60,556 nt of DNA from an uncultured Candidatus Poseidoniales archaeon (GTDB lineage Archaea; Thermoplasmatota; Poseidoniia; Poseidoniales; Thalassarchaeaceae), in contig CAYFFQ010000002.1 of assembly GCA_964342465.1 (NCBI GenBank), positions 1-60,556 of the forward strand, written 5' to 3'. The notes beneath the pieces are model-generated. The model saw only the letters and a list, made by a program, of their open reading frames with translations. It made no database searches and was not told the DNA's origin. Made by a program: the position numbers and the translations under genes. This document shows, in pieces, positions 37,071-48,700 of this stretch (position 1 is its first letter; every line of letters starts with the position of its first letter).

Positions 37071-38240
37071 TCACGCCAATGGCAGAACCCTGCCGTCCCC
37101 ATCAGAGTCGGGGGTGGGTCGGAGATTGTATTCCGAATCACGCCGCTGCGGTGTATATCCCGCAGCTCTAATGGCCTGTTGCAGTTCTTTTTCGGTGCAA
37201 AGAACCTTCGTGGTGCCAGCTGCAGAAACCACATTCTCTTCCATCATGGTGGAGCCGATGTCATCTGCACCTCCTGCGAGTGCAAGTTGTGCGATGTCCA
37301 TACCCATCGTCAGCCAAGATGCCTGAATGTGGTCGATGTTGTCGAAAAAGAGACGAGAGATGGCGACATGGCGCAGGTATTCCTGAGCCCCAACCTCTTT
37401 CAGCGTACCCGATTTCCTCATCTTCTTGCCAAATGAGTTGTTCTCAAGTTGAACGGTCCATGAGATGAATGCCGTGAATCCGCGCTGACCCTTTTCACGC
37501 GACGAGTCCTGCAATCGTCTCACATTCGCCATGTGTTCGATGCGTTGCGAAAAACTTTCACCAAACCCGATGACATTGGTGGCGGTGGTGATTAGTCCTA
37601 GGGAGTGTGCCTCCCTCATCACAGTCAACCAGTTGCTCGCCCCTCCCTTCTTCGGGGATAGACCGAGCCGGATGTCATCTACCAACATTTCCGCACCCCC
37701 ACCGGGAAGTCCATGCAGACCGGCCTTCTGCAATCTCCTCAGGACATCCAAGGTCGATAGATTCGTGACTTCGGCGATACCCTCGATTTCGATGGGGGAA
37801 AAACAGTCGAGATGGATTGTGGGATGCTTTTCTAGTAGATATGAGAGGAGTGATTCATACCACTCGATACCCAATTCTGGGTCTACTCCACCCTGCATCA
37901 GAATACGAGAACCATCGATGGCTTCCAACTCCGCCACTCTAGCACTGATTTGTTCCCTTGATTGAAGGTAGACTTCTTCATCACCCGGCGGTCTATAGAA
38001 GGAACAAAATTGACAGTTGATGGTACAGGCGTTGCCGTAGTTAATGTTCCTGTCAATCAGGTATGTGGCTATTTCGTGTCCATGAAAGAGCCGCCGCCGT
38101 TGTAGCGCCACCTGTCTCAGAGCATTGAAATCGGCGTGGTCGTACAATTCCACAGCTTCATCGACGGTCAATCTCGGTGGTGAGTCAGTTGCTTGGCGAA
38201 CAAGAATCTCTTTCCATCCCTCCAATCGTCTCACATCCAC
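37071..38240 (-). CDS. mqnC: Radical SAM CofH/MqnC family, likely dehypoxanthine futalosine cyclase
   Basis: NINY.N.CTINCQFCSFYR, MQGG, FSPIEI, LPGGGAE, QASW, GADDIGSTMMEENVVSAAG. Confidence 0.85.
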   Translation of the reverse strand: MDVRRLEGWKEILVRQATDSPPRLTVDEAVELYDHADFNALRQVALQRRRLFHGHEIATYLIDRNINYGNACTINCQFCSFYRPPGDEEVYLQSREQISARVAELEAIDGSRILMQGGVDPELGIEWYESLLSYLLEKHPTIHLDCFSPIEIEGIAEVTNLSTLDVLRRLQKAGLHGLPGGGAEMLVDDIRLGLSPKKGGASNWLTVMREAHSLGLITTATNVIGFGESFSQRIEHMANVRRLQDSSREKGQRGFTAFISWTVQLENNSFGKKMRKSGTLKEVGAQEYLRHVAISRLFFDNIDHIQASWLTMGMDIAQLALAGGADDIGSTMMEENVVSAAGTTKVLCTEKELQQAIRAAGYTPQRRDSEYNLRPTPDSDGDGRVLPLA

Positions 38241-39608
38241 TCAAGATGATGCAGTTCCGATGATGCTTTCAAGTTCAGCAACGGTTTTCGGGCAGCCTCT
38301 AGTCAGGATTTCACAACCACTCTCAGTGATGAGCACATCATCCTCAATCCTGACCCCGATTCCGAGCCACTTTTCGTCGATTTCCAAGTCCTCACGCCAC
38401 TTTCCGAAGTATAGACCGGGTTCGACTGTGAGCACCATTCCCTCTTCCAATTGACGCGGCTCCCCATTCGGTGAGTATATCCCCACATCATGAACATCGA
38501 GACCTAGCCAATGGCTGGTGTTGTGCATATAGTACATCCCCAACTGCTCTTCTCTGAGAGCATCCTCCAGTGTTGGCCCGGGGATGATTCCCAACTCCAA
38601 AAGACCCTTCGCAAGATGTTCTCGGACGGCGTTGTGAGGGGCGGTGTAGAACTCGCCAGGCCTGCACAGGTCGAGCGCGGCCTTCTGGGCACCGAGAACC
38701 AATTCATAGATCAACTTCTGTGTCTCACCGAATTTGCCGTTGATAGGCCATGTTCTGGTGATATCACTCGCATATCCCGAAACCTCGCAACCAGCATCAA
38801 TGAGGACCATCTCTCCATCATTGATTGGTGAATCATTTTCGTTGTAGTGAAGAATCGTTGCATTGTCGCCGCCACCGACGATACTCGGATAGGACCACTG
38901 GCTTCCGTGGATGGTGAAACAACCCTCGATTATTCCTTGCAGTTGATATTCCATCATACCAGCCTCCGCTCTTCTCATGGATTCGAGATGAGCCGTAGTC
39001 GCCAACTGTGCTGACGCTCTCATCAACTCAATCTCCGCTTCGGATTTGATGAGTCTCATCTCAGAAATCAAATGGCGAGGGTCACAGAGATTATCTGGGC
39101 CCACACCACTTTTCTGCCTCGTTCGGCTTACTTCCAACAGTGCTTCATCAACAATTTCATCAACTCGGATATCAATACCTCGGGTGTGAAACACGGTTTT
39201 GAATTCATTCAACATGAGTGGGAGCCTCATCGGTAGATCGTCAAGGGAATAAGCCTCATCGATTGGATAATTCTCCTCCGCCCCATCGATGCCGATACGA
39301 ATACCTGTCCAAATCTCCTTTTCTTTGTCTCTCGGGGGAACGAACATCGTCGTGTGAGCAATTCCGCCTTGGAGGGCGATGCAACAGAGTGAACTCGGGC
39401 CAGTCCAGCCAGTAAAGTAGAGCATATTGCTTGCTGAGCGAAAGGGGTATTCAACATCCCCACTCCGCATGGCGACAGGATTGTTTGGGATGAGCAAGAG
39501 TGAATCAGCACCGCAAAGGTCAGCCACCCTCTGTTGGCGAGCCCTGAATTCCTCGGGAGTGATGGGGGAAATCCCAGCCGCGAGGCCCTCCCCGTGGGTG
39601 TCGAACAT
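38241..39608 (-). CDS. pepP: Xaa-Pro aminopeptidase (M24B)
   Basis: DVEYPFR, IKSEAEI, ILHY, LIDAG, YASDITRT, HNTSHWLGLDVHD, TVEPGLY, GVRIEDD. Confidence 0.95.
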   Translation of the reverse strand: MFDTHGEGLAAGISPITPEEFRARQQRVADLCGADSLLLIPNNPVAMRSGDVEYPFRSASNMLYFTGWTGPSSLCCIALQGGIAHTTMFVPPRDKEKEIWTGIRIGIDGAEENYPIDEAYSLDDLPMRLPLMLNEFKTVFHTRGIDIRVDEIVDEALLEVSRTRQKSGVGPDNLCDPRHLISEMRLIKSEAEIELMRASAQLATTAHLESMRRAEAGMMEYQLQGIIEGCFTIHGSQWSYPSIVGGGDNATILHYNENDSPINDGEMVLIDAGCEVSGYASDITRTWPINGKFGETQKLIYELVLGAQKAALDLCRPGEFYTAPHNAVREHLAKGLLELGIIPGPTLEDALREEQLGMYYMHNTSHWLGLDVHDVGIYSPNGEPRQLEEGMVLTVEPGLYFGKWREDLEIDEKWLGIGVRIEDDVLITESGCEILTRGCPKTVAELESIIGTASS

Positions 39609-39649
39609 GGAAGACCCTCGGGCTGGTCACTATTTAGCATTCAGTAGGT

Positions 39650-41290
39650 TCAATCAAAGTCAACATCTTCATCTTCATTGTTGTCTCGCTGATGTTTTCC
39701 AGCACGGATTGGCACCCATTTGGGAATCTCGCTGACTCTCTCGACTTTTGCGAGTCGAAGGGTGAGTGCGGTGACGATTAGCATGGCTAGCATGAATACG
39801 ACCATGGTGTTTGTTTCACCTCCGAAGAAAACAACCACCTTCTCACTCAGAGTAAGTGGGGCGGTGAAGTGGGGGTCCGAGGGGGTCCCCTCTATGCCGA
39901 CAATCACCTGCACCATATCGCTCTCCCCGTCATCATCGGTGACAGTCAATGTGAGCAGGTGTTGTTCCGATTCATCCTTTAACCATTCTCGACGAAGAAT
40001 TTGAGTTTCTCCCAATGAAACAGGTTCTCCGTCGACAAACCAGACGAATGACAGCCCTCCTCTGTCATTCACAGAATCGCTGCTCCCACTCGCATCAACA
40101 TTCCAGAACTGCTCGTCTGGCAACCTGACTACATCATCGGTTGTGAAGGTGATACCATCAATTGTCGCACTTGCTTGAGGTCTGACATTTTCCACATGTA
40201 GGGTGATATTTGAGGAATTGGACAACCCAGATGTGTCGGTGACGATGACTCTGACATCGAAGACCCCCGACCTCTGCACAGTCCAGTTCAGACTCATGTT
40301 GTCCCCTTGGTCGAAGACCCGCGGTGCAGAACTGGAATCGACCTGCCTTACCATGAAAGTGAACATCAACCCCTCTTTTCCCCAAACGGGGTCATCGGAG
40401 TTGCTTGCATCGAAGTGGGCTACTTCTCCTTCTAGGAGGTTCTCCGAACCCGTGATTTGGACCGTCGGCCTCTGATTGTGTAATGCTACTGCGATACAGG
40501 CAGGGTGAGATGATAGACCTGATGAGTCTTCTGTCATCGCAGTGAACAGCCACCATCCATCACTATATTCGGTGATATCGATGTTCACTTCGAACGAATA
40601 ATCTCCGCTGTACACGATATTATCATCAAACCATGATTCGACCTCGATATATTCGTCGAGTGAGCCGCGGTTGCAGAAGTGGTTGGCAAGGTTGGTCTGG
40701 ACTGCACCCCATTTCACCAGTGGTTGGTTTCCCAATATACTGATTGCAGCACCTCGCATCAACAGATTTCCACGCCACGAAATGCCAGATTCAGGAGAGT
40801 CAATTGACACCGCAGGGGGTAGAGTGGAGTTGTCCAGCCGCAGAAACAATATCAGAGCAACTTCGCTGACCTGCTGTTCAGCATCGATGACGATGACGGT
40901 CAACCGGCAGGCACACGATTCAAGTTCGGAGGTATCGACGAGGGAGTTGAAACTCCAGGAACGGGTGTTCGGGTCGGCCCATGAGAGGTTTTCAAGAAGT
41001 GAATTGTGAGCAGAATTTTGGGTGAGGACGACTCCATCTTCTTCCAATTGCCAAAACAGTTGGTCTGGTAGTTCATCATCCCATACTTTACCACTGATGT
41101 TGAAATCTGAAGTAAAGATATCTCCAGTCGCCACATCGAGAGAGAGCGAGGGTTGGCTGCCTGAAGCACCATAATGGCTGTCGTAGAGCAAGGTCTCCTC
41201 ATGCGAAGGCACAATAATAGGGATGAGGAAAAGTGTGACGAGGAAGCAGGTCAAGCCTCGCCCCATTTCTCCACCATCTACAATCAACAC
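39650..41290 (-). CDS. Surface protein with Ig-like/PKD domains
   Basis: N-terminal hydrophobic anchor; FDASNSDDP, DASGSSDS, LTLTVTDDDG PKD motifs; C-terminal TM. Confidence 0.75.
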   Translation of the reverse strand: MLIVDGGEMGRGLTCFLVTLFLIPIIVPSHEETLLYDSHYGASGSQPSLSLDVATGDIFTSDFNISGKVWDDELPDQLFWQLEEDGVVLTQNSAHNSLLENLSWADPNTRSWSFNSLVDTSELESCACRLTVIVIDAEQQVSEVALILFLRLDNSTLPPAVSIDSPESGISWRGNLLMRGAAISILGNQPLVKWGAVQTNLANHFCNRGSLDEYIEVESWFDDNIVYSGDYSFEVNIDITEYSDGWWLFTAMTEDSSGLSSHPACIAVALHNQRPTVQITGSENLLEGEVAHFDASNSDDPVWGKEGLMFTFMVRQVDSSSAPRVFDQGDNMSLNWTVQRSGVFDVRVIVTDTSGLSNSSNITLHVENVRPQASATIDGITFTTDDVVRLPDEQFWNVDASGSSDSVNDRGGLSFVWFVDGEPVSLGETQILRREWLKDESEQHLLTLTVTDDDGESDMVQVIVGIEGTPSDPHFTAPLTLSEKVVVFFGGETNTMVVFMLAMLIVTALTLRLAKVERVSEIPKWVPIRAGKHQRDNNEDEDVDFD

Positions 41291-41453
41291 TTACTGAGTA
41301 ATGAATGATAGCCCGATTTGCATTGAAAATCACCTGATTGGGATGAGCGGTCGCGGAGCCGATGAACCCAGTTGAACCTAGACTTGACCATTTCTGTCGG
41401 TCTAGTCGTGCAATTTGGTTGGGTGAGTTAGAGGTGTGTGAATCTACGGTTCG

Positions 41454-44400
41454 TCAAGCCCACTGGTCGCACTGTTGAGTTTGGCCTGGGTAACTGTTCC
41501 CCTCGCGGGGGTTGGTGTGCCACTTGTATTCACAGGCGTTTGTGTAGCCGTCATTGTCGACATCCATCTGCGCATCGGCGCCATCGAATGGGTCGAATCT
41601 GAAATAATACTCCCAACCATCGGCCATAGTGTCGCCATCGCTATCCCTGTGGAAGACTTCTGGTCCATCGTCAAGTCGGTCACCATCGGTGTCATTCAAC
41701 ACCGGATTGGTGCCGTTGAGCATCTCTTCGTAGTTTGTGTAGTTTTCCAAATCATCGTAGAACTTTGCCCCTTCGGGAGTGTTCGGGTCGATGTGGCAGA
41801 GAGAGGAAGTGGGGTCATTCCAACCGGGACAGTATCGATTCAGTTCTGCTGTTCGATTCTGGCCATCATTATCAAAATCCTCTTCTCCGTCTGGAATGCC
41901 ATCCAAATCACTGTCGTCCATGGCCGGGTCCATCGGGCCGCGCGCCCCGAGGTTTTCCAAGGTCAGGTTGTCAACCAATCCCTGTGAGATGGCCTGAGCA
42001 CTGTACTGTACCTCCCAACCGTCGGGAAGTCTGTCCGAATCAGTGTCGTCATTGACGGGATTCGTGTCCCATCTATCTGGGCCTTCAAGGTCATTGGCGA
42101 GTGAATCGTTGTCAATGTCATAGTCGGCATCGGGTAGCGAGCCTAGAGCGGGGTCCAGAGCCCATCTGCCTCCGGTTGCAGGCAGAGAGAAGTCGGTGAG
42201 ATTCATATCCCAGAGGAAATACTTCGGGTCTGGCTCGCCATCGTTGTTTGAGTCGCCACCTGATTGGAATCCTTGAATCCAATTGGACCACAACCAGCCA
42301 CCGGGTCCCCGCGTACACCCGACGTCATCGCAACCGGGTGGTTGCCAGTTGTTGGTGGTGACCCAAAGGCTGTGTGAATTGGTGTTATCCATCGAAGATT
42401 GGACCTGCATCTCCCAGCCGTCAAGCATCCCATCTTGGTCGGTATCATTTACGAGGGGATTGGTCGCCGCCTGCCAAGGTCTCGGGATGTAGAGAACTTC
42501 GTTGCCATCCTTCAACCCATCGTCATCTGAATCGGAATCGTTGGCGTGGGTGACATAGTTGTCAAGGCCAAGAATGACCTCCTCTCCATCTTCCAATCCG
42601 TCAATGTCTGTGTCAAACATGCTGGCGTTGGTGAAATATGGCTCTCCGAGCCACTGGAAACCATCGACCGCCTCGACATAATCTTCCAAGCCGTCGCTGT
42701 CCGTGTCTTTGTTGGAAGCGTTGGTATATGTCTCTGAGAATTCTCGCCAATCCGTCAGGCCATCGTGGTCGGTGTCAACATCACCGGGGTCTGATGTGAC
42801 CAACACATGGTGAACACCACGACTGACGACAAGAATCTCCCATCCCATCACCTCGATGCCGTCCTTCAAGCCGTCTCCATCCGTATCAGGGTTCAACGGG
42901 TCGGTAGAGCGGCCATCTATGATGCCGTCGTTGTCCCTGTCTCTCGCCTGATACTCCATCAGATTGGTGAACATCTCGGTCTCTTCAACGATGGTCATCC
43001 ATACATACAGACGGCTGGTAACCTCATTCTCGATTGTAGGGCCGTTCAGAAGTTCCAACGCCGGAATATCATAGACATATCCCGCGCTCGGTGCCTTTAG
43101 CGGGACAGTCTCCTCGGTCCCGCCGGCGTGGGTGATCTTAGCATAGGCAACCGTCTGATTTTCTTCCACGAAGTCCATTAGTTGGACAGTAATCGAATAT
43201 ACCCGTGCGATGCCAACTAGGTCACTGTAAACCACTTTACCATTGCCGTTTGTATCCCATCCATCTAGGTCTGGGTCATCGTATGCGTTGCTTCCATCCA
43301 CAGGATTGAGGCCGTTGGTCGCCTCCCAACCGTCGGGCATTCCATCTTCGTCGGTATCCATCTTCATCGGTGAGGTGAAATTGGCCGGCCCCCACACTCT
43401 TGCGACATCGTATTCGGCGCGGTTGTTCAGTCCATCCTCATCACCGTCGCCGAAGGCATCCGAGGCGTTGGCAGCATTGAGCAGAGTGTCGTAGCAATAT
43501 TCGAATCCATCGGGCATTCCATCGCCATCAGTGTCCCAATCGCCGGGTCCATTGTTGCGGCCATCACCATCCATATCCTCCAAAAACCAATCCATCGGGT
43601 TGATGGTCGAAGGGAAAGAATTCAGAAGGTCGGTGAACGGGCCATTCTTGGTCGGTCCGTTCAGTTTGGGTTTTCCGCAGACGACTTCGAGAAGGATTTG
43701 ACCCATCGCAACCTCAACTTGGTCGCTCACCAGATCGCCATCGCTGTCTTCAGCGAGCGGGTTCGTGCCATAACTCTCCTCGGCGAAGTTTGCAAGGGTG
43801 TCAGAATCAAAGTCGAGTACTTGGTCACACGAGTGCTGTCCAGCAAAATTCTCAAGTTGATTCCACAGTTCATCACCGAAGGTCTGAGCAAGGTTAGCCT
43901 CCGATTCCGGGTCTAATAGAACACAGTCCCAGTTGCCGTCTAGGGGGTTGAACAGGGTTACTTCACCCGACTGGGTCACCATGTCGAATGTGTAGAGTGA
44001 CTCCCACTTGTCATTCAGTCCGTCGCCATCAGTGTCATTGCGTCGTGGGTCTGTACCGAGTTCCATCTCTTCGAGATTGACCAATCCGTCCTTGTCTGGG
44101 TCGCCGAGTGGACCGTTGTCAGGGTCTGGCCAAGTTTCATCGGTGCCAGAATTGTCGTCGCCGCTATCGGTTTCTGTATCGGTGATGATTTCCTCTAATC
44201 CCGCATCACCGCTGTCTAGAGGGTTGAGGCCGGCTTCCACCTCATACCCGTCGGTCATTCCGTCCCCGTCAGTATCTTCGTCGTAGGGGTCGGTTCCGTA
44301 GGTGTTTCTCTCCAATCTGTCACGTAGTCCATCGTTGTCTGAATCGATGGACTCATCATTGAGTGTAGTGTCATCATCCAATATGTCGGCGGCACCATCC

Positions 44401-44609
44401 TCAAAGTCGATGGAAGTACTCATGATGCTGCCGGCGATACTGTAGGTCCCAGCTAAACAAATCGTCACCGTAATTGCTACAACTGCCCATTGATTGTGTG
44501 ACAATGCCATGCTCTTCACCACTGGCCGTAGGCCAACTTTCACGGGGACTCGGCGTACTCCGTTTAAGGTTTGACCGCCATCGTGTGAATCATAATCAAT
44601 ATCAATCAT
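41454..44609 (-). CDS. Large membrane-anchored protein with many DxDxDG (TSP3-like) Ca-binding repeats
   Basis: N-terminal TM; more than 15 units such as GTDPYDEDTDGDGMTDGYE; start uncertain (possibly ATG 44510). Confidence 0.8.
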   Translation of the reverse strand: MIDIDYDSHDGGQTLNGVRRVPVKVGLRPVVKSMALSHNQWAVVAITVTICLAGTYSIAGSIMSTSIDFEDGAADILDDDTTLNDESIDSDNDGLRDRLERNTYGTDPYDEDTDGDGMTDGYEVEAGLNPLDSGDAGLEEIITDTETDSGDDNSGTDETWPDPDNGPLGDPDKDGLVNLEEMELGTDPRRNDTDGDGLNDKWESLYTFDMVTQSGEVTLFNPLDGNWDCVLLDPESEANLAQTFGDELWNQLENFAGQHSCDQVLDFDSDTLANFAEESYGTNPLAEDSDGDLVSDQVEVAMGQILLEVVCGKPKLNGPTKNGPFTDLLNSFPSTINPMDWFLEDMDGDGRNNGPGDWDTDGDGMPDGFEYCYDTLLNAANASDAFGDGDEDGLNNRAEYDVARVWGPANFTSPMKMDTDEDGMPDGWEATNGLNPVDGSNAYDDPDLDGWDTNGNGKVVYSDLVGIARVYSITVQLMDFVEENQTVAYAKITHAGGTEETVPLKAPSAGYVYDIPALELLNGPTIENEVTSRLYVWMTIVEETEMFTNLMEYQARDRDNDGIIDGRSTDPLNPDTDGDGLKDGIEVMGWEILVVSRGVHHVLVTSDPGDVDTDHDGLTDWREFSETYTNASNKDTDSDGLEDYVEAVDGFQWLGEPYFTNASMFDTDIDGLEDGEEVILGLDNYVTHANDSDSDDDGLKDGNEVLYIPRPWQAATNPLVNDTDQDGMLDGWEMQVQSSMDNTNSHSLWVTTNNWQPPGCDDVGCTRGPGGWLWSNWIQGFQSGGDSNNDGEPDPKYFLWDMNLTDFSLPATGGRWALDPALGSLPDADYDIDNDSLANDLEGPDRWDTNPVNDDTDSDRLPDGWEVQYSAQAISQGLVDNLTLENLGARGPMDPAMDDSDLDGIPDGEEDFDNDGQNRTAELNRYCPGWNDPTSSLCHIDPNTPEGAKFYDDLENYTNYEEMLNGTNPVLNDTDGDRLDDGPEVFHRDSDGDTMADGWEYYFRFDPFDGADAQMDVDNDGYTNACEYKWHTNPREGNSYPGQTQQCDQWA

Positions 44610-45781
44610 CAGCAGGAATGCTGATTGATGGTATGTTGCGATGAAATTTCAATGATGTGGCCTTTGTGGTCTGAAGACCATGATACGCTGGCTGGTCTAC
44701 CCTCGGACCGTTCCCATACCCCAGCAAGTAGACCGCAGGCTAGGGCAGGGTGGTAGAGCGTTCGGCAGGAAAGCCTCACGCCACCGTTTTCATCGATAGA
44801 TTCTGCACCCTGTATTGCCCCCAATCCACTTCTTGAAAGGAACCGGTGGCCAATATGGACCCAATGCTCCACTTCTGCAATCAGGACCATGGCGTCGTTT
44901 GTAAGGAAACGGCGTTTGCTCGCCTCGGCGAAAGCCGACCACACTTTCTCCCTTTCTCTATCTGAGAGGCGATGCCAAGTGAATCTGCAACCCTCATCCT
45001 TCGGCGAATCGAGAACGGTGGGAAGCAGACTCTCCTCCATTCTCAAGAGCAGGTCTTGTGGAATAGCAGCAAGCCGAATACCGTCTATTGACCAACATCC
45101 GCTCGATTCCTTAAATGCAAGTGATAATGGATGCATACCTTCTGCACCTCGACTTCCACCATCTGCATCTTTCCATCTGCCATCGATACGATTGGCCGCT
45201 GGGATGTTTCTGCCATCCAATTCCAATGTGACGAGGGTCTCTGAATACCCGTCATCCGACCAGTGGAATTTGAATCTATTTCCAGTCAGGTATTCGTAAG
45301 TAGCCGCAGACATCCCAGCCCCGATGGAGGAATGAGGTCGAGAATGAACAATGATAGTCGCTCCGCTCTTGTCCACTTTCAACAGTTGTAGTTGCCCTAG
45401 GTTCCGAAGTTCCCAGTTCCGATTTATCCACTCTATTCTCTTTTTCATCCTCCCAAATATCGGATTCGGCATCTCCTCGCGCAGACATTCTAGACGAAAC
45501 TCCTCTGATTCAGCTGCGGCATGGGCAAGTTTGCGCCCGATAGGGATTCCGATTACATCCTCAATTTCAGCAATCCACAACTCAAATTCGGTAGCCGCGA
45601 GGAAGAGATATGGTGTCGTTCTGCCGCTATCTGCGACCATCAGGCCATTTTTCTGTGAAGGAAACCTATTCACGAGTGCGGCAACCAGTTCGGGTGAACC
45701 CTCCTCTTCTTGCGAGTCCACCAAGGGCATGGGTGTTTGTGGGCCATCAACAGCAATTGAACTTTCGTAGCCAAGAATCAA
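44609..45781 (-). CDS. Hypothetical protein with tandem V4R-like domains
   Basis: Two units: IGRKLA...W...LGQL...GAGMSAATYE and IDGIRL...GLGAI...ALACGLLAGVWE; no Zn-binding Cys. Confidence 0.5.
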   Translation of the reverse strand: MILGYESSIAVDGPQTPMPLVDSQEEEGSPELVAALVNRFPSQKNGLMVADSGRTTPYLFLAATEFELWIAEIEDVIGIPIGRKLAHAAAESEEFRLECLREEMPNPIFGRMKKRIEWINRNWELRNLGQLQLLKVDKSGATIIVHSRPHSSIGAGMSAATYEYLTGNRFKFHWSDDGYSETLVTLELDGRNIPAANRIDGRWKDADGGSRGAEGMHPLSLAFKESSGCWSIDGIRLAAIPQDLLLRMEESLLPTVLDSPKDEGCRFTWHRLSDREREKVWSAFAEASKRRFLTNDAMVLIAEVEHWVHIGHRFLSRSGLGAIQGAESIDENGGVRLSCRTLYHPALACGLLAGVWERSEGRPASVSWSSDHKGHIIEISSQHTINQHSC

Positions 45782-48700
45782 TCTTCTAGCATCGGGCGAC
45801 TACTCGGGCGCCTTGGACCCTTCGATTCAGATTTGATGGAATGGGTGGGAATGTGTCTCTCCCCAGTGTCAGTGTCCATGATGGGAATGCGCGGAGAGGG
45901 TTTGGAGTCTCTTTCTCCCAACTCCTTGCGAGAGGTGCGCCGGCTATAGGCAGCGGGTCCGATAAGTCGCTCCAAAACCCGCTGTTCCTTTACCATCGGT
46001 TTTGGTCTCTTGTTCCACCACTCAACCGGTAGGGGTGTACAGCGGGCCATTTTTTGGCGCATCATATCCTCCCTTCGCTCATTTAGGTTCGTTTTCACCT
46101 GTCGATTGGTACTTTTCGGTAGTCTGACGACCATCCATCCAGGGAAGCCGAGGTCGAAGACAACCCCGTTGATGGTGATGAGTAGACCTGAAAGAATCAG
46201 GTGAGTGCCAACTGGAATCCTATCCCTCGCAAGGCTTACCTTGAATCTCCTCAGTCTGCGGGCGTAGGTGACCATTGCCTTTTGGTCCCTATGGCGGATG
46301 ACCCTTCTCTGCTGGCGACGGAATCTGAGGGCGAAAAAGTGCAGAGTCGTGAGGGAGACGGCCACCGCGGCACCCAACACTTCACTTCCGCTTCTGACGT
46401 ATGCGTAGGCACCACAGACCAACCAGAAGGGCAGCACGAAGAACAAATTGAGAATCCTCCAAGCGACGGATGGAGTGTAACGAGGGGTGACTTCCCTTTC
46501 AAGGGCTGCATGGGAGGCTATCATGACATTGGCGGTAAGCGCCTCGTCTTCCCCACTCTTTGCTGTCAACGCCGCGATGGCATTGGTGGGAGCCTCGTCT
46601 ACCCATCTGCGTTTCTCCTTTGGATTCGGTGTGATTATCGCTGATTCCAACTCATTGTTCGGGGCGGCGAATCCGAGAATGGCTCCCAAAGCCTTCACCC
46701 GTGGGTCCTCAGCAGCATACTCTTGTAGTTCCTCAAAAATGTCAAGGGCATCGAACCAATCCTCGGAGTCTATTAGACAGAGGGCAACCGCTATTCGAGC
46801 CTTGGCCGATTCTGGGTCCCGTTTTACCGCTTCGAGAGCGAGTTCAAGCGCCTCCTCGCATCTCCTCTGTCCCCTGAGTTGAGCCACGCTGGATAGCATG
46901 GCGTGAGTGGCCAATGGGTCTGAGTGCAACTGGTCGATGTTTGTCTCAGGATTCCAGAACAGAAGGCGTTTCTGTAACTCTTGCACATAGTCTATAGAGG
47001 AAATGTGTTCCCAGTCATAAAAGTCATCCTCACTCACTTCACCACTCCACGGGTCCAACCATTCGGCGATGAAAGAGAGAATCTCAGGTTCGTCGTATCC
47101 CTCCGGCTGCTCCAGCCCGTGTAAAGCCTCTTTGGCGGCGTCAAGCCTCCTTGAAGCGATTTGGCCGGCTGCGATTATCATTCTCGCCTCATCATCTTCG
47201 CCGCCCTGTTGGGCGAGCAATTTTCTCGCCACATCGATGGCTTCCGGCCAAAGACCTCTCAAGGCGCATTCAAGCATTCGCGCCCGGCTCTTCTCGAGTT
47301 GAAGGACGAGTTGGTCACCTCTGATAGTATCAGATTGAAATCGGCGCAGCGAGTGGATATCATCTCTGAATGCAGCCTCCTCGACATGGGCGCGCATCCA
47401 GTCACCACCGCCTGAGAGGATGGCTCCTTCCCGTCTCTCATCAGGGTTCAATTCGAATCTGAGATTGCGCAGAATCTGAAACCGTCCAAGACTCAGCACC
47501 CAAGTGAGCAGAAATATCGCCTGTCCAGCGGCTATGAACTGCCATGTTTCAGCCAATAAGGTCTCTTCGGCCAGTAGGGGGGATGATTCGCCGTAGGGCA
47601 TGAGATGGCTGAACTCCTTGTATGTCTGGAGAATCAGCAGCAAGACCGAATAGCCACTAAATCCAGCCAAACTAAAGAACAACACCTTCCCTTGTACAGC
47701 CTTCTCACTCCTGATGGCTCTCGGCCTGTCTAGGATGACTCCTCCAGTTCCACCGAAGGTCTGTCCCCCGAGGAAGAGGTTGCGCGTCAATTCAAAAATA
47801 AATGCAAGGCCAACCACAGCGACGTTCAGCATGAGATATGATGCGAGAGTGATTTCCAATGCCTTCAGCGAAATCAGAGATTGCAGGATAGGATTGTTCT
47901 CTACGAGTTGAAAGAGTTCCCATCCGACAATTCCACCGAGGTCAAGCATCGAGTTGGCATCCGGTGGGGATTCCAATTCGACATATATCAGAGTGACGAT
48001 TCCATTTACAGCAGTCAACGGCATGGTGGCGAGAAAGACGAAGATGATGAGGGCGGCAAGCCTCTTGAGGAGGCTAGGTTTGATGGGGTCTATCGGTGTC
48101 GATTTACCCTTGAGAGTCCTCCATTTGTTGATGATAAGGGTGTTCCAAGATGCACCCATGATTCTGCCATAGGCGAGAATCGTAGGCGCCATGAAGGTCA
48201 GTAATGCGAATCCGACCCACCGAGCGAATATCTTATCGTCTGCACCGAATCCTGATTTCTGGTAGCCAATGAAAGCGACGATAGCGGTGGCTACGATTAC
48301 TGCCGTAATGGTGACAATCGTGCCGTACAATCTCTTCAACAAAGACATTCTGCCTTTATCGTGGGAATGGCGAGAGAGTTGAGCGTAAAGTGTCACGAAC
48401 GGCGATGTCAGGATGGGAATGGCAACGAGAACCAACATCATGAAGATGACTGGTTGATAGAAGACTGATGGCTGAATGAGCAGTTCACAGATAATCAAAA
48501 TAATTCCACTCATGGCAAACAGATAGGCAAGTGAGCCAATACTGACTCGTGGTGCTGACAATAATCCCAGAACCTCTCGTCGTGATTTGGTCAGACGATG
48601 TACCTCATAGAGCCCGTCATCTATCTCGAAAGCAACTTGGAGGTTCGACAGTGATAGAGGTAGCAGCCATCTCCACAATGCGAGTCCTACAGACAATGAA

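Noticed and set aside
33752-44609. Two Ca-repeat ORFs both exactly 1051 aa
   Set aside because: Different architectures, no alignable sequence outside generic DxDxDG units, and one start is uncertain; coincidence.
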